A DNA stretch of 26,515 nucleotides from Candidatus Aenigmatarchaeota archaeon. GTDB lineage: Archaea > Aenigmatarchaeota > Aenigmatarchaeia > QMZP01. The notes below the pieces were generated by a model. That model did no database searches. It was not told the origin of the DNA and was given only the letters and a program-made list of their open reading frames with translations. The stretch covers positions 1-26,515 of the forward strand of contig JAVZYR010000004.1 in assembly GCA_038999435.1 (NCBI GenBank), written 5' to 3'. The position numbers and the translations under genes were made by a program. Below are positions 8,123-17,511 of the stretch, piece after piece (position 1 is the first letter of the stretch; each line of letters starts with the position of its first letter).

Positions 8123-9220
8123 ATGGGGGATATTCGCATAGCCATTGCAGGTATTGGTAATTGCTGTTCAAGCTTGATTCAGGGCATATTTTATTATCAA
8201 AATGTTGACAATAATGATAAAACTATACCAGGGCTAATGCATAATATTTTAGGTGGTTATAGAATATCAGATATTAAACCTGTTGCAGCATTTGACATAG
8301 ACAAAAGAAAGATTGGAAAAGATTTATCAGAGGCTATATTTTCAAAACCGAATTGCACAAAAATATTTTTCAAGGACATCCCAAATCTTGGGGTTGAAGT
8401 CCACATGGGTCCTGTGATGGATGGTTTTTCACCTCACATGGCAAACTATCCTGAGGATAGAACATTTGTTATATCTGAAAAAAGGCCAGTTGATGTGGTT
8501 GATGTGTTGAAAGAGACAAAAACAGAAATTCTGATAAATTACCTTCCTGTTGGCTCAGAGAAAGCAACAAAATATTATGCTTCTGCTGCACTTGAAGCAG
8601 GCTGCGCATTTATAAATTGCATACCTGTTTTTATCGCATCTGATGATGCCTGGTCAAAAAGGTTTGAAGAAGCAAGGCTGCCTTTGATTGGAGATGATAT
8701 AAAATCTCAGATTGGTGCAACAATCCTACATAGAACCCTTGTGCGACTTTTTTCAGAAAGAGGTATAAAGATAGACAGAACCTATCAACTTAATACGGGT
8801 GGAAATACAGACTTTCTGAATATGCTCGAGCGCTCGCGACTGAAATCAAAAAAAATTAGTAAAACACAATCCGTACAATCTCAGCTTCCTGTGCCTCTCG
8901 AGCCTGAAAATATACATATAGGTCCATCTGATTACGTGCCGTGGCAAAATGATAATAAAGTTTGCTTTATTCGTATAGAAGGTAGAAAATTTGGCAATGT
9001 GCCGGTTGAACTCGAATTAAGGCTTTCTGTTGAGGATAGCCCAAATTCAGCAGGTATCGTTATCGATGCAATAAGATGTGCAAAGATTGCGCTTGATAGA
9101 GGTATAGGCGGACCGCTTATAGCTGCAAGTGCATATTTCATGAAATCTCCTCCCAAACAGTACCCAGACTGGCTTGCAAGACAGATGCTTGAGGATTTTA
9201 TAGGAAATGAAAAGGCTTGA
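8123..9220 (+). CDS. ino1: myo-inositol-1-phosphate synthase
   Basis: [66 protein letters not shown]. Confidence 0.96.
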   Translation: MGDIRIAIAGIGNCCSSLIQGIFYYQNVDNNDKTIPGLMHNILGGYRISDIKPVAAFDIDKRKIGKDLSEAIFSKPNCTKIFFKDIPNLGVEVHMGPVMDGFSPHMANYPEDRTFVISEKRPVDVVDVLKETKTEILINYLPVGSEKATKYYASAALEAGCAFINCIPVFIASDDAWSKRFEEARLPLIGDDIKSQIGATILHRTLVRLFSERGIKIDRTYQLNTGGNTDFLNMLERSRLKSKKISKTQSVQSQLPVPLEPENIHIGPSDYVPWQNDNKVCFIRIEGRKFGNVPVELELRLSVEDSPNSAGIVIDAIRCAKIALDRGIGGPLIAASAYFMKSPPKQYPDWLARQMLEDFIGNEKA

Positions 9221-10073
9221 CCTTGTTGTTGTGGGTTATCTTTTACATGATGTTATAGAAATAAATGGGAAAAAGTATTTTGCACTTGGTGGGCCTGCTG
9301 CATATACATCCCTTGCAGCAAAAGCACTTGGACTAAATGTAGGTATCGTCTCAAAGGTTGGGCCTGAATTTAAATATCATAGATTGATCGAAAGTATAGA
9401 TAGAGAAGGTGTATCAATCCAAAAGAGAACAACAACATTTTACAATATATACATCAATGGAAAGAGATATCAGTCAGTAGAAAATATCGGCGAGCCTATA
9501 TCTGTACAAGATTTTCCATCATCATATCTTGGTGCAAGATTTATTCACATAGGACCTGTGATATGTGAAATAGAAAAAGACCTGCTGAAATGGATAAAAC
9601 AAAAATCAAATGCAAAAATAATACTTGACCCACAAGGTTTTTTGAGAAATGAAAACAATGGATGGATAGAAAGGGTCAAATTTGATTTTAGTATGCTTGA
9701 GTATGCAGATATCATAAAGGTATCTGAAGATGATATTGATGATGAGAATCTTTTAATAAAAAAATGCAAAGAAATGGAAAAAATCTTGATCATCACAAGA
9801 GGAGAAAAAGGTTCTGAGCTGTTTTATCCATTCTATGCAAAAATCGATGCATTTCCTGCAAAGGTTGTTGACCAAACTGGTGCTGGCGATGTGTATGTTG
9901 CAGGACTTGTCTATGGCCTGCTTCAAGGCTTTGAACTTCAAAAGGCATGTTGGTTTGCATCTGCTGTCGCATCTTTTTCTGTTAGCAGACAAGGGCCCTC
10001 ACATTCTCTCGAGAGCTTCGATGCCAAGAAGGTTGAGACAGAGCTTGAGCATCTCTGCCACACAAAAAGTTAA
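9207..10073 (+). CDS. PfkB/ribokinase-family sugar kinase, possibly acting on inositol
   Basis: [19 protein letters not shown] and DQTGAGD anion-hole motif; start overlaps the ino1 stop. Substrate is inferred from context only. Confidence 0.88.
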   Translation: MKRLDLVVVGYLLHDVIEINGKKYFALGGPAAYTSLAAKALGLNVGIVSKVGPEFKYHRLIESIDREGVSIQKRTTTFYNIYINGKRYQSVENIGEPISVQDFPSSYLGARFIHIGPVICEIEKDLLKWIKQKSNAKIILDPQGFLRNENNGWIERVKFDFSMLEYADIIKVSEDDIDDENLLIKKCKEMEKILIITRGEKGSELFYPFYAKIDAFPAKVVDQTGAGDVYVAGLVYGLLQGFELQKACWFASAVASFSVSRQGPSHSLESFDAKKVETELEHLCHTKS

Positions 10074-11627
10074 TGCTAAACGGGCTTGAATATTTTCAGA
10101 TTTTAGTATTGGCACATTCTGATAAAATTCATTGAATGCATCGGAGAGGTCAAGTGCATAGTTTGCAATGTAATGTGGTCTTAGGTCTCGCTCAGCTTTG
10201 AACAGCACCCATCCAAACTCTGAAAGAAGTTTTAGAATGGCAATTTCTCTTTTATCGTTCAACACACCTACTTTAGGTTTCACATCACCTGCATTTCTCA
10301 GTACAGACCTTGCCCTTGCATATGTGTATTGCACGTATGGTGCTGTATCGCCATCAAAGCGTAATGCTTCGTCTGTCCACACACAGCCCTTTTCAGGACT
10401 GATACGTAGCATTGTCCACTTTAGCGCGCCTATACCAACAGCATCGGCAATTTTCTGCTTTTCAACCATGCTATAGCCTGGCATCTTTTCTTCTACAATT
10501 TGTGCTGCAATTGATTTTGCTTCCTTAACAAGCTCATCAACAGAAATGAAACTTCCTTTCCTTGTTGAAATTCTTCCTTCAGGTAATTTTAGATGCTCAT
10601 AGAAAACAATCTTGTATCTCTTTATCTCCTCAGGATAAATCAAACTTAACGCATTTTTAAGTTGCTCAAAATAAAGTTTTTGGTCACAACCTATCACAAC
10701 AATGTTATATCTTGCCCTTTTGAATTTGTCTGCATGGTATGCAAGGTCACGTGCAGGATATATTGTTGTGCCGTCTGATCTTGTAAGCGTAAATTGTCTT
10801 TCAATTCCCCATTTACTCATATCAAGCCATGCCCTTTTTCCATCATATCTCAAATGTCTCTTGAGTTTTGCTAAAATGTTTTTGACATCCGTCAAGTATG
10901 TACTTTCTAATCTGAAATTATCAATCTTTATTCCAATCTCACTGAGTGTTTGCCTATGTCCATCAAGACATGCATCAACGATTTTTTTGTAGCAGGCCCT
11001 GATTTTTTTATCTCCTGACTCAAAAAGTTCCATTAACCTTCTTATCTCTTCTTCGAGCATCGGATTATCTTCAATCCTTTTGTTGCCTTTAACATACATG
11101 TCTACAACCCACCAATCTGGTTTTTCTTTTCCCCTCTCTTTTCCATGTCTTAAATACTCAAATACTGCTATTGCAATCTGCCTTCCCATATCATTAACAT
11201 AAAACTCTGTTCTTGTTCTATAACCGCAAAATTTCATTATCCTTGCTATTGAATCACCAAGCACACTATTTCTGAAATGACCTATATGCAGTGGGCCATC
11301 AGGATTTGCAGATGTATGTTCAACCAACAATGTGGATTTTGGTTTGCCTTTGCAATAGTTTTGTTTTTTTCTCAAAATCTCAGATAATATTTGTGGACCT
11401 GCCTTTTCCCAATCAATAAATATATTCAGATATCCGCCTTTTGGTTCTGCCCTTTTGACAATATCTGATTTTAGCAAATTAGCAATCTCTTCTGGTTTTT
11501 TTCTAATCTTAAAACATGGCAATGCAAAATCTGCCCCTATATCCTTTGGTGGAATTTCAAGTAGAGCTACTGCTTCTTTTATTCCAATCTTCTCAAAATC
11601 TTTTGCAAGTTTTTCTCTTATGTTCAT
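9999..11627 (-). CDS. argS: Arginyl-tRNA synthetase
   Basis: VEHTSANPDGPLHIGHFRN, YVNDMGRQ, RSDGTT.Y..RDLAYH, ISTRKG, GDTAPYVQYTYARARS; C-terminal ERM. Confidence 0.97.
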   Translation of the reverse strand: MNIREKLAKDFEKIGIKEAVALLEIPPKDIGADFALPCFKIRKKPEEIANLLKSDIVKRAEPKGGYLNIFIDWEKAGPQILSEILRKKQNYCKGKPKSTLLVEHTSANPDGPLHIGHFRNSVLGDSIARIMKFCGYRTRTEFYVNDMGRQIAIAVFEYLRHGKERGKEKPDWWVVDMYVKGNKRIEDNPMLEEEIRRLMELFESGDKKIRACYKKIVDACLDGHRQTLSEIGIKIDNFRLESTYLTDVKNILAKLKRHLRYDGKRAWLDMSKWGIERQFTLTRSDGTTIYPARDLAYHADKFKRARYNIVVIGCDQKLYFEQLKNALSLIYPEEIKRYKIVFYEHLKLPEGRISTRKGSFISVDELVKEAKSIAAQIVEEKMPGYSMVEKQKIADAVGIGALKWTMLRISPEKGCVWTDEALRFDGDTAPYVQYTYARARSVLRNAGDVKPKVGVLNDKREIAILKLLSEFGWVLFKAERDLRPHYIANYALDLSDAFNEFYQNVPILKSENIQARLALTFCVAEMLKLCLNLLGIEALERM

Positions 11628-11631
11628 AGGA

Positions 11632-11979
11632 TAGCCCGGGGCGGATTTTCTTTTTAGTGCGTGGAAGCGTAGCCTCGCACGCTTTTTTGCCTGAAGCGTG
11701 CCGTGGAAGCGGTTAGCTCCCTCTTGCTCGCACGCTTCTGTTTGGGAGCAGGAGAAGCGTGCATTCGAACCGCCGTCAGCGGGTCTCTTTATCTATCATT
11801 GCTCATCAGCTCAAAGCTTTGATTTGCTCCACCACAGCTCTAAAGAGCTCTGCAGGTGGTTTCTGCTCCACCGCTCTTTGCATGAAGCGGTAGCTCTAAA
11901 GAGCGGTGATACCAAAGCCCGCTATGCTTGACCATTTAGCACACACAGCCTTTTGGCTGGTGTTCTACACCACCGGGCT
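11632..11979 (-). tRNA. tRNA-Gln(UUG) with three introns: D-loop ~15/16 (11935-11964), canonical 37/38 (11785-11911), T-loop 59/60 (11646-11763)
   Basis: Removing the three inserts gives 73 nt: AGCCCGG UG GUGU AGUGGUCAA GCAU A GCGGG CUUUGGA CCCGC UGAC GGCGG UUCGAAU CCGCC CCGGGCU A. All four stems pair; A1-U72 and G37 are typical of archaeal tRNA-Gln; no encoded CCA. Confidence 0.92.
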
Positions 11980-11990
11980 ATATTAAATAA

Positions 11991-12206
11991 TTAGGGTGAG
12001 AGATTTTTAACTACGTCTAAACCCTTTTTTGTTATTACCCAACATGTTCCAAGTGACTCAATCTTTTTTATGAATCCTTCCTGTCTCAACCTTGCAAGCG
12101 CTGTGTCAACGCCATCACTATCTCCTAAAATTTTGCTTAGCTCAGCTGTTGTTATCAATGACTGTTTTTCTAATAGCACGAGTATTTTCTGCTCTACCTC
12201 TTTCAT
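11991..12206 (-). CDS. Small winged-helix protein
   Basis: IL.LL......TTAELSK.L.....V..AL.RL..EGFI......W.ITKKG pattern; ATGA overlap with the upstream gene. Confidence 0.7.
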   Translation of the reverse strand: MKEVEQKILVLLEKQSLITTAELSKILGDSDGVDTALARLRQEGFIKKIESLGTCWVITKKGLDVVKNLSP

Positions 12207-12712
12207 GTCTTCAATGCCTTAACAACCTCTTCTCCAAACTTTTTTGCGGCATGAGGACCATTTGCAGTTACAATCTTTCCATCCCTCACAACATCAGAGC
12301 CCTGCCATATCGCTCCTGCAACCTTCAGCCTCTCCTTAAATTGACCATTCCAGCACGTTGCCTTTTTGCCATTCAACAGACCTGCATTTGCAAGTATCAC
12401 AGGTGCAATGCATATAGCTGCAACAACCTTTCCTTTTGAGGCAAATTTTTTGGAAAGCTCGTGTGCCTTTTTGTCATTAAAATATACCTGAGAACCTGTA
12501 CCACCAACCCAAACTATACCATCAAAGCCCTTTTCATCTATTTTGTCAATGCTCATCTCAGCAACAGCAGTCCCTCCTAACATGCCTCGCTTTTCGCCTA
12601 TGCTTTTTGATGCTGTGCTGATGCTTATGCCTGCCTTCTCAAGAACTGCCTTTGTTTCAAAATACTCTTCATCTCTGAAATTTTCTGGTGCAATAACCAT
12701 TAAGACCTTCAT
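12203..12712 (-). CDS. DJ-1/PfpI-family protein
   Basis: FRDEE, VGGTG, AAICIAP (nucleophile Cys), DGKIVTANGP. Confidence 0.93.
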   Translation of the reverse strand: MKVLMVIAPENFRDEEYFETKAVLEKAGISISTASKSIGEKRGMLGGTAVAEMSIDKIDEKGFDGIVWVGGTGSQVYFNDKKAHELSKKFASKGKVVAAICIAPVILANAGLLNGKKATCWNGQFKERLKVAGAIWQGSDVVRDGKIVTANGPHAAKKFGEEVVKALKT

Positions 12713-12747
12713 AAAAAGTATTTAAGTCTATTTGTTTAAATCTTTGT

Positions 12748-13170
12748 ATGCCCGTAATAGGTTTGACAATAAAATCGATGTCTGCAACAAGATATGGTAC
12801 TGCAACAGGTGAGATTAAGATAAATTCCACACCAAAAGTTAATGATGTAAAAGAAGTGACTGTTGGTACACTAAACAGAAAGGCCCTGTCTTTTGAATTT
12901 GAATTTGTTACAAAATACGAGCCGGACATGGCTGAGATGAAGATAGAAGGTGAGCTGTTGTATCTTGCTGATAAAAATGAGCCGATACTCAAGCAATGGA
13001 AAAGCAAAAAAACGATACCAGAAAAGGTTTCTGTTGAGATATTGAATCATTTGTTCAGACGATGTCTTTTGAAGATGGCAAACTTTGCCGATGATTTGCA
13101 GCTGCCACCTCCAATCCAGATACCGAGAGTAACAATTAAAAAACAGCAAACACCAGAAGGTGTTGGTTAG
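12748..13170 (+). CDS. Conserved archaeal hypothetical protein, possibly SecB-like fold
   Basis: Beta-rich N-half (FEFEFVTKYEP...MKIEGELLY), then ILN..F..C helix and LQLPPPIQIP. Fold is inferred. Confidence 0.65.
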   Translation: MPVIGLTIKSMSATRYGTATGEIKINSTPKVNDVKEVTVGTLNRKALSFEFEFVTKYEPDMAEMKIEGELLYLADKNEPILKQWKSKKTIPEKVSVEILNHLFRRCLLKMANFADDLQLPPPIQIPRVTIKKQQTPEGVG

Positions 13171-14180
13171 AGCCACCTACCAAGGCCAGGTTTTTGTCTA
13201 ACTTCTTTTAGTTTAGATATAACGCTGTCTATTCTCTCTTCTGAGAAGTCATGCTCTTCGACCATAATCTTTTTGACAGCAATTTCATCAAATCTTGTTT
13301 TTGGTATCTCCACTTTCTCAACAGGAGGATTTATAAAGAAATCAAAAATCTCATCAAAAGCAACATCAAACGGCCATCCTCTTTCTGCGATAATCTGTTT
13401 TATATCCCTTTCTTTGACAAGCTTTAGCGCGGTCTTTGGCCCTATGCCTTTTATGCCACCTGGATTGTAATCAGTGCCTGTGAGTATGCCAAGTACTATT
13501 AGCTTTTTTCTATCGATGCCCAATGTATGAAGCACATCCTTCAACTCAACAATCTCTGGTTTGATATCTATCCATTTTTCTTTTTTTGGCAACTTTCTTC
13601 GCCCTGTGATTGTGAGATTTCGTACAAGACGCTCAGCACCAAAAAGGAGGCAATCCCAATCTTGTGAACCAACAGCCCATGCAAGGCCGTTATTTACCAT
13701 CCATGCAGCTTGTGCCTCACCCTCTGATGGTGCCTGAATCCATGGAATGCCCATCGCCGTTAATAATGATTTTGCATCATCTATCATCTCATCAGTAAGT
13801 CGGGTTGCTGCCTGTGCATAGAGCCTGATTTTTTCAACATCTCCTGCTTCTATTGCCTCTTTCCAAAGCCTTTCTGCCTCTTCTCGCGCTCTTTGTCTTG
13901 CCTCAGCAGTTGCAGCCTTAAATACAGGAGGCTCGCCATCGAATACATATACCGGCCTTATACCTGCCTCGATGAGCCGGGCTGTTCTATAGAAAAGGCC
14001 TGAAAGATGGCTTGTTATCCTTCCTTTGCTGTCTCGCAGCGGCTCTCCTGTAAATCTGTCACGAATAATTGAAAGGAATTGATAAAGGCTATTGAATGCA
14101 TCAATGGCAATGGTCTTGCCATTAAGTTGCTCAAGTTCTATGTTTTGACCAGACACAAGCTCGCCAAGATTGACGCCCAT
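13167..14180 (-). CDS. fen1: Flap endonuclease 1
   Basis: IDAFNSLYQFLSIIR, TSHLSGLFYRT, YVFDG, APSEGEAQAA, SQDWD.LLFG, GTDYNPGGIKGIGPK; C-terminal PIP-like box; start MGVNL at 14180. Confidence 0.97.
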   Translation of the reverse strand: MGVNLGELVSGQNIELEQLNGKTIAIDAFNSLYQFLSIIRDRFTGEPLRDSKGRITSHLSGLFYRTARLIEAGIRPVYVFDGEPPVFKAATAEARQRAREEAERLWKEAIEAGDVEKIRLYAQAATRLTDEMIDDAKSLLTAMGIPWIQAPSEGEAQAAWMVNNGLAWAVGSQDWDCLLFGAERLVRNLTITGRRKLPKKEKWIDIKPEIVELKDVLHTLGIDRKKLIVLGILTGTDYNPGGIKGIGPKTALKLVKERDIKQIIAERGWPFDVAFDEIFDFFINPPVEKVEIPKTRFDEIAVKKIMVEEHDFSEERIDSVISKLKEVRQKPGLGRWL

Positions 14181-14207
14181 TTTGATTATAGGAAACAAAA
14201 ATAAAAT

Positions 14208-14990
14208 ATGGGAAAGAGACCGTGGGAATATTACAATCTCCCACCGCCAAAAAGTGAGGCGAGCAAGGGTCCACTCAGCCTTGTTGATTGGGAGATATTC
14301 TCAGGTCTTGAGGTACCAACGCTGCCATTCTGGGTAAGGCTGGATGGTTGGGGCTTTCATACTTTAGCAGAAAAACTACAAAAACCGTATGATAAGAACT
14401 TTGCAAAAATTTTAGTTGGTATTGCAAAAGATTTGATGCAGATGTTTAATGCACAGCTTGCATACATATTTTCAGATGAAATAAATCTGCTCTTTACACA
14501 CTTTACTGCATTCAGACGGGTTGAAAAGATCGATTCTGTATTTGCTGGCATTGCATCAGCAAGATTCAGTCTTACATGGAAGACACCTTGTGCTTTTGAC
14601 TGCCGAGTTATACCTGTTCCAAAAGGAAAAATCCTATCATATCTACAATGGCGACAAGCTGAATGCTTCCGAAATCACAATAATGCCTGGGCATACTGGC
14701 TTCTGAGACAGGCTGGACTTTCTGCAAGACAGGCTGCAGATTTTCTTGAAGGTCTAAAAACCCAACATCTCGTTAAACTGTGCAGGGCATGTGGAAAGGA
14801 TCTTAGTAAAACACAAACATGGCAAAGGCAAGGTATAATGCTTTATTGGAAGAAATACAAAAAATCTGGTTGGAATCCGATAAAAAAGAAAAGGGTTGTT
14901 GCACAAAGAAGAAGGGTTGTGATTGAATGGAACCCACCAAATTTTACAAAAAATAGATGGTTGATCAAAGAGCTTTTATCTGATATATGA
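14208..14990 (+). CDS. thg1: tRNA(His) guanylyltransferase / Thg1-like 3'-5' polymerase
   Basis: VRLDGWGFH, YIFSDEINLLF, FDCRV, YLQWRQAECFRN, WQRQG. Confidence 0.92.
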   Translation: MGKRPWEYYNLPPPKSEASKGPLSLVDWEIFSGLEVPTLPFWVRLDGWGFHTLAEKLQKPYDKNFAKILVGIAKDLMQMFNAQLAYIFSDEINLLFTHFTAFRRVEKIDSVFAGIASARFSLTWKTPCAFDCRVIPVPKGKILSYLQWRQAECFRNHNNAWAYWLLRQAGLSARQAADFLEGLKTQHLVKLCRACGKDLSKTQTWQRQGIMLYWKKYKKSGWNPIKKKRVVAQRRRVVIEWNPPNFTKNRWLIKELLSDI

Positions 14991-15601
14991 GCTATAAAGA
15001 ATTGCATGCAGCTGCAGAGGATTTTTTGGTAAAAAGGCTGACTGCACAGGGCCATGATGTTGAGAAAGAAAAGGCAAGAAATCATGATGTACTTTTCGAT
15101 GTCTATGATGTCAGCACCGACACAGCCTGGGAGGTGCTTACAGCTAAGATTGTCCGTTCAGCACATGAACAGGATGAAGCAATCATCGCAAAGATTTTTC
15201 GATATCTGCTGTTTGTGAAAAATCTAAAATTCCTGATAGTAAGTTTTGGGCATGAAGAGATTGAAATGTTTCATAGGCTTGGTCTTGAGCATTGGCATTT
15301 GCATAATCATTGGTGGCATATAGGAGAGCTAAAAGGCTGGAGTTATCATCGAGGAAAATCTGCAAGAGAGATTGCAAATAGAATTTTTAAAGTCATGACC
15401 AATTATGCACCGATTTCAGAATGGTGTCGTGAAGGCCGAAGAAAAGAACATCCAAAAGCAGATGTGGCCGAAGATTTTGAACGGATGACAAATGAATTGG
15501 GTCTGCCAAAAAATTTTCTCATTGGACTTTGGCGAGATTGGAGACTTAATTGGGTATGGAAGCTTGAAAATATTTTACCAAAATGGAAAATCAGAAAATA
15601 A
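14987..15601 (+). CDS. Hypothetical protein, possible PD-(D/E)xK nuclease fold
   Basis: H......L...G..VEKE.....FDVYD.....AWEVLT resembles a restriction-endonuclease-like core; ATGA overlap with thg1. Confidence 0.5.
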   Translation: MSYKELHAAAEDFLVKRLTAQGHDVEKEKARNHDVLFDVYDVSTDTAWEVLTAKIVRSAHEQDEAIIAKIFRYLLFVKNLKFLIVSFGHEEIEMFHRLGLEHWHLHNHWWHIGELKGWSYHRGKSAREIANRIFKVMTNYAPISEWCREGRRKEHPKADVAEDFERMTNELGLPKNFLIGLWRDWRLNWVWKLENILPKWKIRK

Positions 15602-15610
15602 AATATCAAC

Positions 15611-16306
15611 CTATTCTTTAAATTGGCTTAAAAATTCCTTTTCATAAAAGCTTATCCTTCCAGGTAAAATGATAACAGCAGGCTCACATTTTAACTCTTT
15701 GTTTTTTACAAGCCTTTGCGCTCGATCATATCTTATAATTGCATCACCGCCAAGTCTACATGCAACAACAACAGGACTTTTTACTCTAAGCAGCATTAGC
15801 CCATCAGCTGCACTCAGCCCTGGCTCGAGCAAAATTAGTGTATGTAGGCCTGCCTTTTTATTTTTCTTTACAACCTCCCAAAAGCTTTTTGTAGGGCCTG
15901 TTTTTGGCAATGTAACTGTTGCGCCGAATTTGTATAATGAAAGTCCTGTTTCTGCAACTGCCGTGAAGATGGACGAGCCATGAACAACCTTTGCAGCAAC
16001 ACCCGCCTTTTTCGCATCTGCCAATAAAGAGATGTGTGTTGTTGCTGATAACGCATCTCCGCTTATAAGAATGCCAACATCAAACTTTTTTGCCTCTTCA
16101 ATGATTTTGTCGGATTTCTCTTCAAGGTCTGACCTGTTTAGCTCAAAAACAGGCCTTCCTATTAATTTTTCAAGCCTGTCTATGGTCGCAAAGGTTCTGT
16201 TTGTGTAGAATTCAACATACAGCTTTTGGCATCTTTTTGCTGTTTCGAGGGCACGAATACTCATATCTTTTTCATCATATAGCCCGATAGATATCAGATA
16301 GAGCAT
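15611..16306 (-). CDS. dph5: Diphthine synthase
   Basis: MLYLISIGL, YVEFYT, GDALSATTH, GLSLYKFGATVTLP, GLHTLILL; start moved to 16306. Confidence 0.93.
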   Translation of the reverse strand: MLYLISIGLYDEKDMSIRALETAKRCQKLYVEFYTNRTFATIDRLEKLIGRPVFELNRSDLEEKSDKIIEEAKKFDVGILISGDALSATTHISLLADAKKAGVAAKVVHGSSIFTAVAETGLSLYKFGATVTLPKTGPTKSFWEVVKKNKKAGLHTLILLEPGLSAADGLMLLRVKSPVVVACRLGGDAIIRYDRAQRLVKNKELKCEPAVIILPGRISFYEKEFLSQFKE

Positions 16307-16307
16307 A

Positions 16308-17462
16308 TCATCCTTTGAATAGTATTTCAACTATATCGCCATCCTTTAGCTCATAATCAGCACCAAGCCTTTTCTTATCAAGCCCAAGCCCGCCGATAAA
16401 CTTCTCACCTATCTCTTTATGTACCATGTATGCAAAATCTCTCAGCTTTGTTCCCTTTTTAACAAGAAATGCATCAGGCAACACATTACCTGCATTATCA
16501 GTCAACTTGCTGATATTTGCAACAGGATAGACAACAATGTAGCCGAGTATATCAAAAACGACATGATTTAAAATTCTCTGTACGCCTGTTGAACCAAATG
16601 GCTTTAGCACACTCTCTCTTATATAAAGTAAGACTTTTTCTTGGCCAGGTTCTATGCTCTTTATGATTTTAAAATCGCTATCCCCTGGTCTGTATTCTAT
16701 GATTCCTTTCTGTGCTGCCCTAATAAGAGCAAGTTCTGCATCAGCAGAAACTGGTATGGCATTGACATTTTTCAGATTTTTCTTTGCTTCAGGCATATCA
16801 GCTTTGTTTCCAGCAATAACAATCGGCTTTGAAATTTTTCTAAGAGAACTAACAAATTCTGCCTTTTTGTCATTCAAAGAAAATCCTGTGCTTTCAATTG
16901 CCTTCTTCACAGCATCTCTGTCAATCCTTATTCCACTGAATTTTTCTGCAATTACATCTTCTAATTTCTTTTTTTCAAGGGTGACCTTTCTTTTTATGCT
17001 ATCCCATGCTCGCTCAAGAATCCCTAAAAACCAGAAATCGATTTCCTGCTCAAATGTAATTATGTCATCATTAGGGTCTCTTGTGCCTGGTTTTATAGGA
17101 TTACCATCTTGGTCAGTTCCACCCGAAAGGTCAACAATGTGTATGATGGCATCGGCATCCATCATTTCATCGAGAAATTGATTGCCAAGCCCTCTCCCCT
17201 CATGTGCACCCGGTACAAGCCCTGCAACATCGAGAAGCTGAATAGGTATATATCTTATACCATTAATACAACGTGAATTTTTTGGAGCACATCTTACACC
17301 AAGCCTTTGACATGGGCATGCCTTCTGAACCCATGCAATGCCACGGTTTGGTTTTATAGTGGTAAATATACGATTTGAGATTTCAACTTCATGGGCTGTT
17401 GCTGCGCTGAAGAATGTTGATTTACCTGTATTGCTCTTCCCGCCAATTGCGATGAGCACCAT
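16308..17462 (-). CDS. Obg/YchF-family translation-associated GTPase with a TGS domain
   Basis: GKSNTGKST, FTTIKPN, DVAGLVPGAHEGRGLGNQFL, NKAD, LPDAFL...H; archaeal Cys-rich insert. Confidence 0.92.
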   Translation of the reverse strand: MVLIAIGGKSNTGKSTFFSAATAHEVEISNRIFTTIKPNRGIAWVQKACPCQRLGVRCAPKNSRCINGIRYIPIQLLDVAGLVPGAHEGRGLGNQFLDEMMDADAIIHIVDLSGGTDQDGNPIKPGTRDPNDDIITFEQEIDFWFLGILERAWDSIKRKVTLEKKKLEDVIAEKFSGIRIDRDAVKKAIESTGFSLNDKKAEFVSSLRKISKPIVIAGNKADMPEAKKNLKNVNAIPVSADAELALIRAAQKGIIEYRPGDSDFKIIKSIEPGQEKVLLYIRESVLKPFGSTGVQRILNHVVFDILGYIVVYPVANISKLTDNAGNVLPDAFLVKKGTKLRDFAYMVHKEIGEKFIGGLGLDKKRLGADYELKDGDIVEILFKG

Positions 17463-17511
17463 TTAACCTCTTTAAAATTTGTTAATAAAAATATTGATTA
17501 AAATGCATATT

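Noticed and set aside
11646..11911. CRISPR array
   Set aside because: The repeats are short, degenerate and irregularly spaced, lie inside tRNA introns, and no cas genes are present.
11698..11931. 77-aa ORF as an intron-encoded protein
   Set aside because: It is antisense to the tRNA, crosses exon sequence and has no homing-endonuclease motif.
11632..15601. Integrated element at the tRNA-Gln gene
   Set aside because: No integrase or duplicated tRNA end was seen, and the flanking genes are mostly housekeeping.
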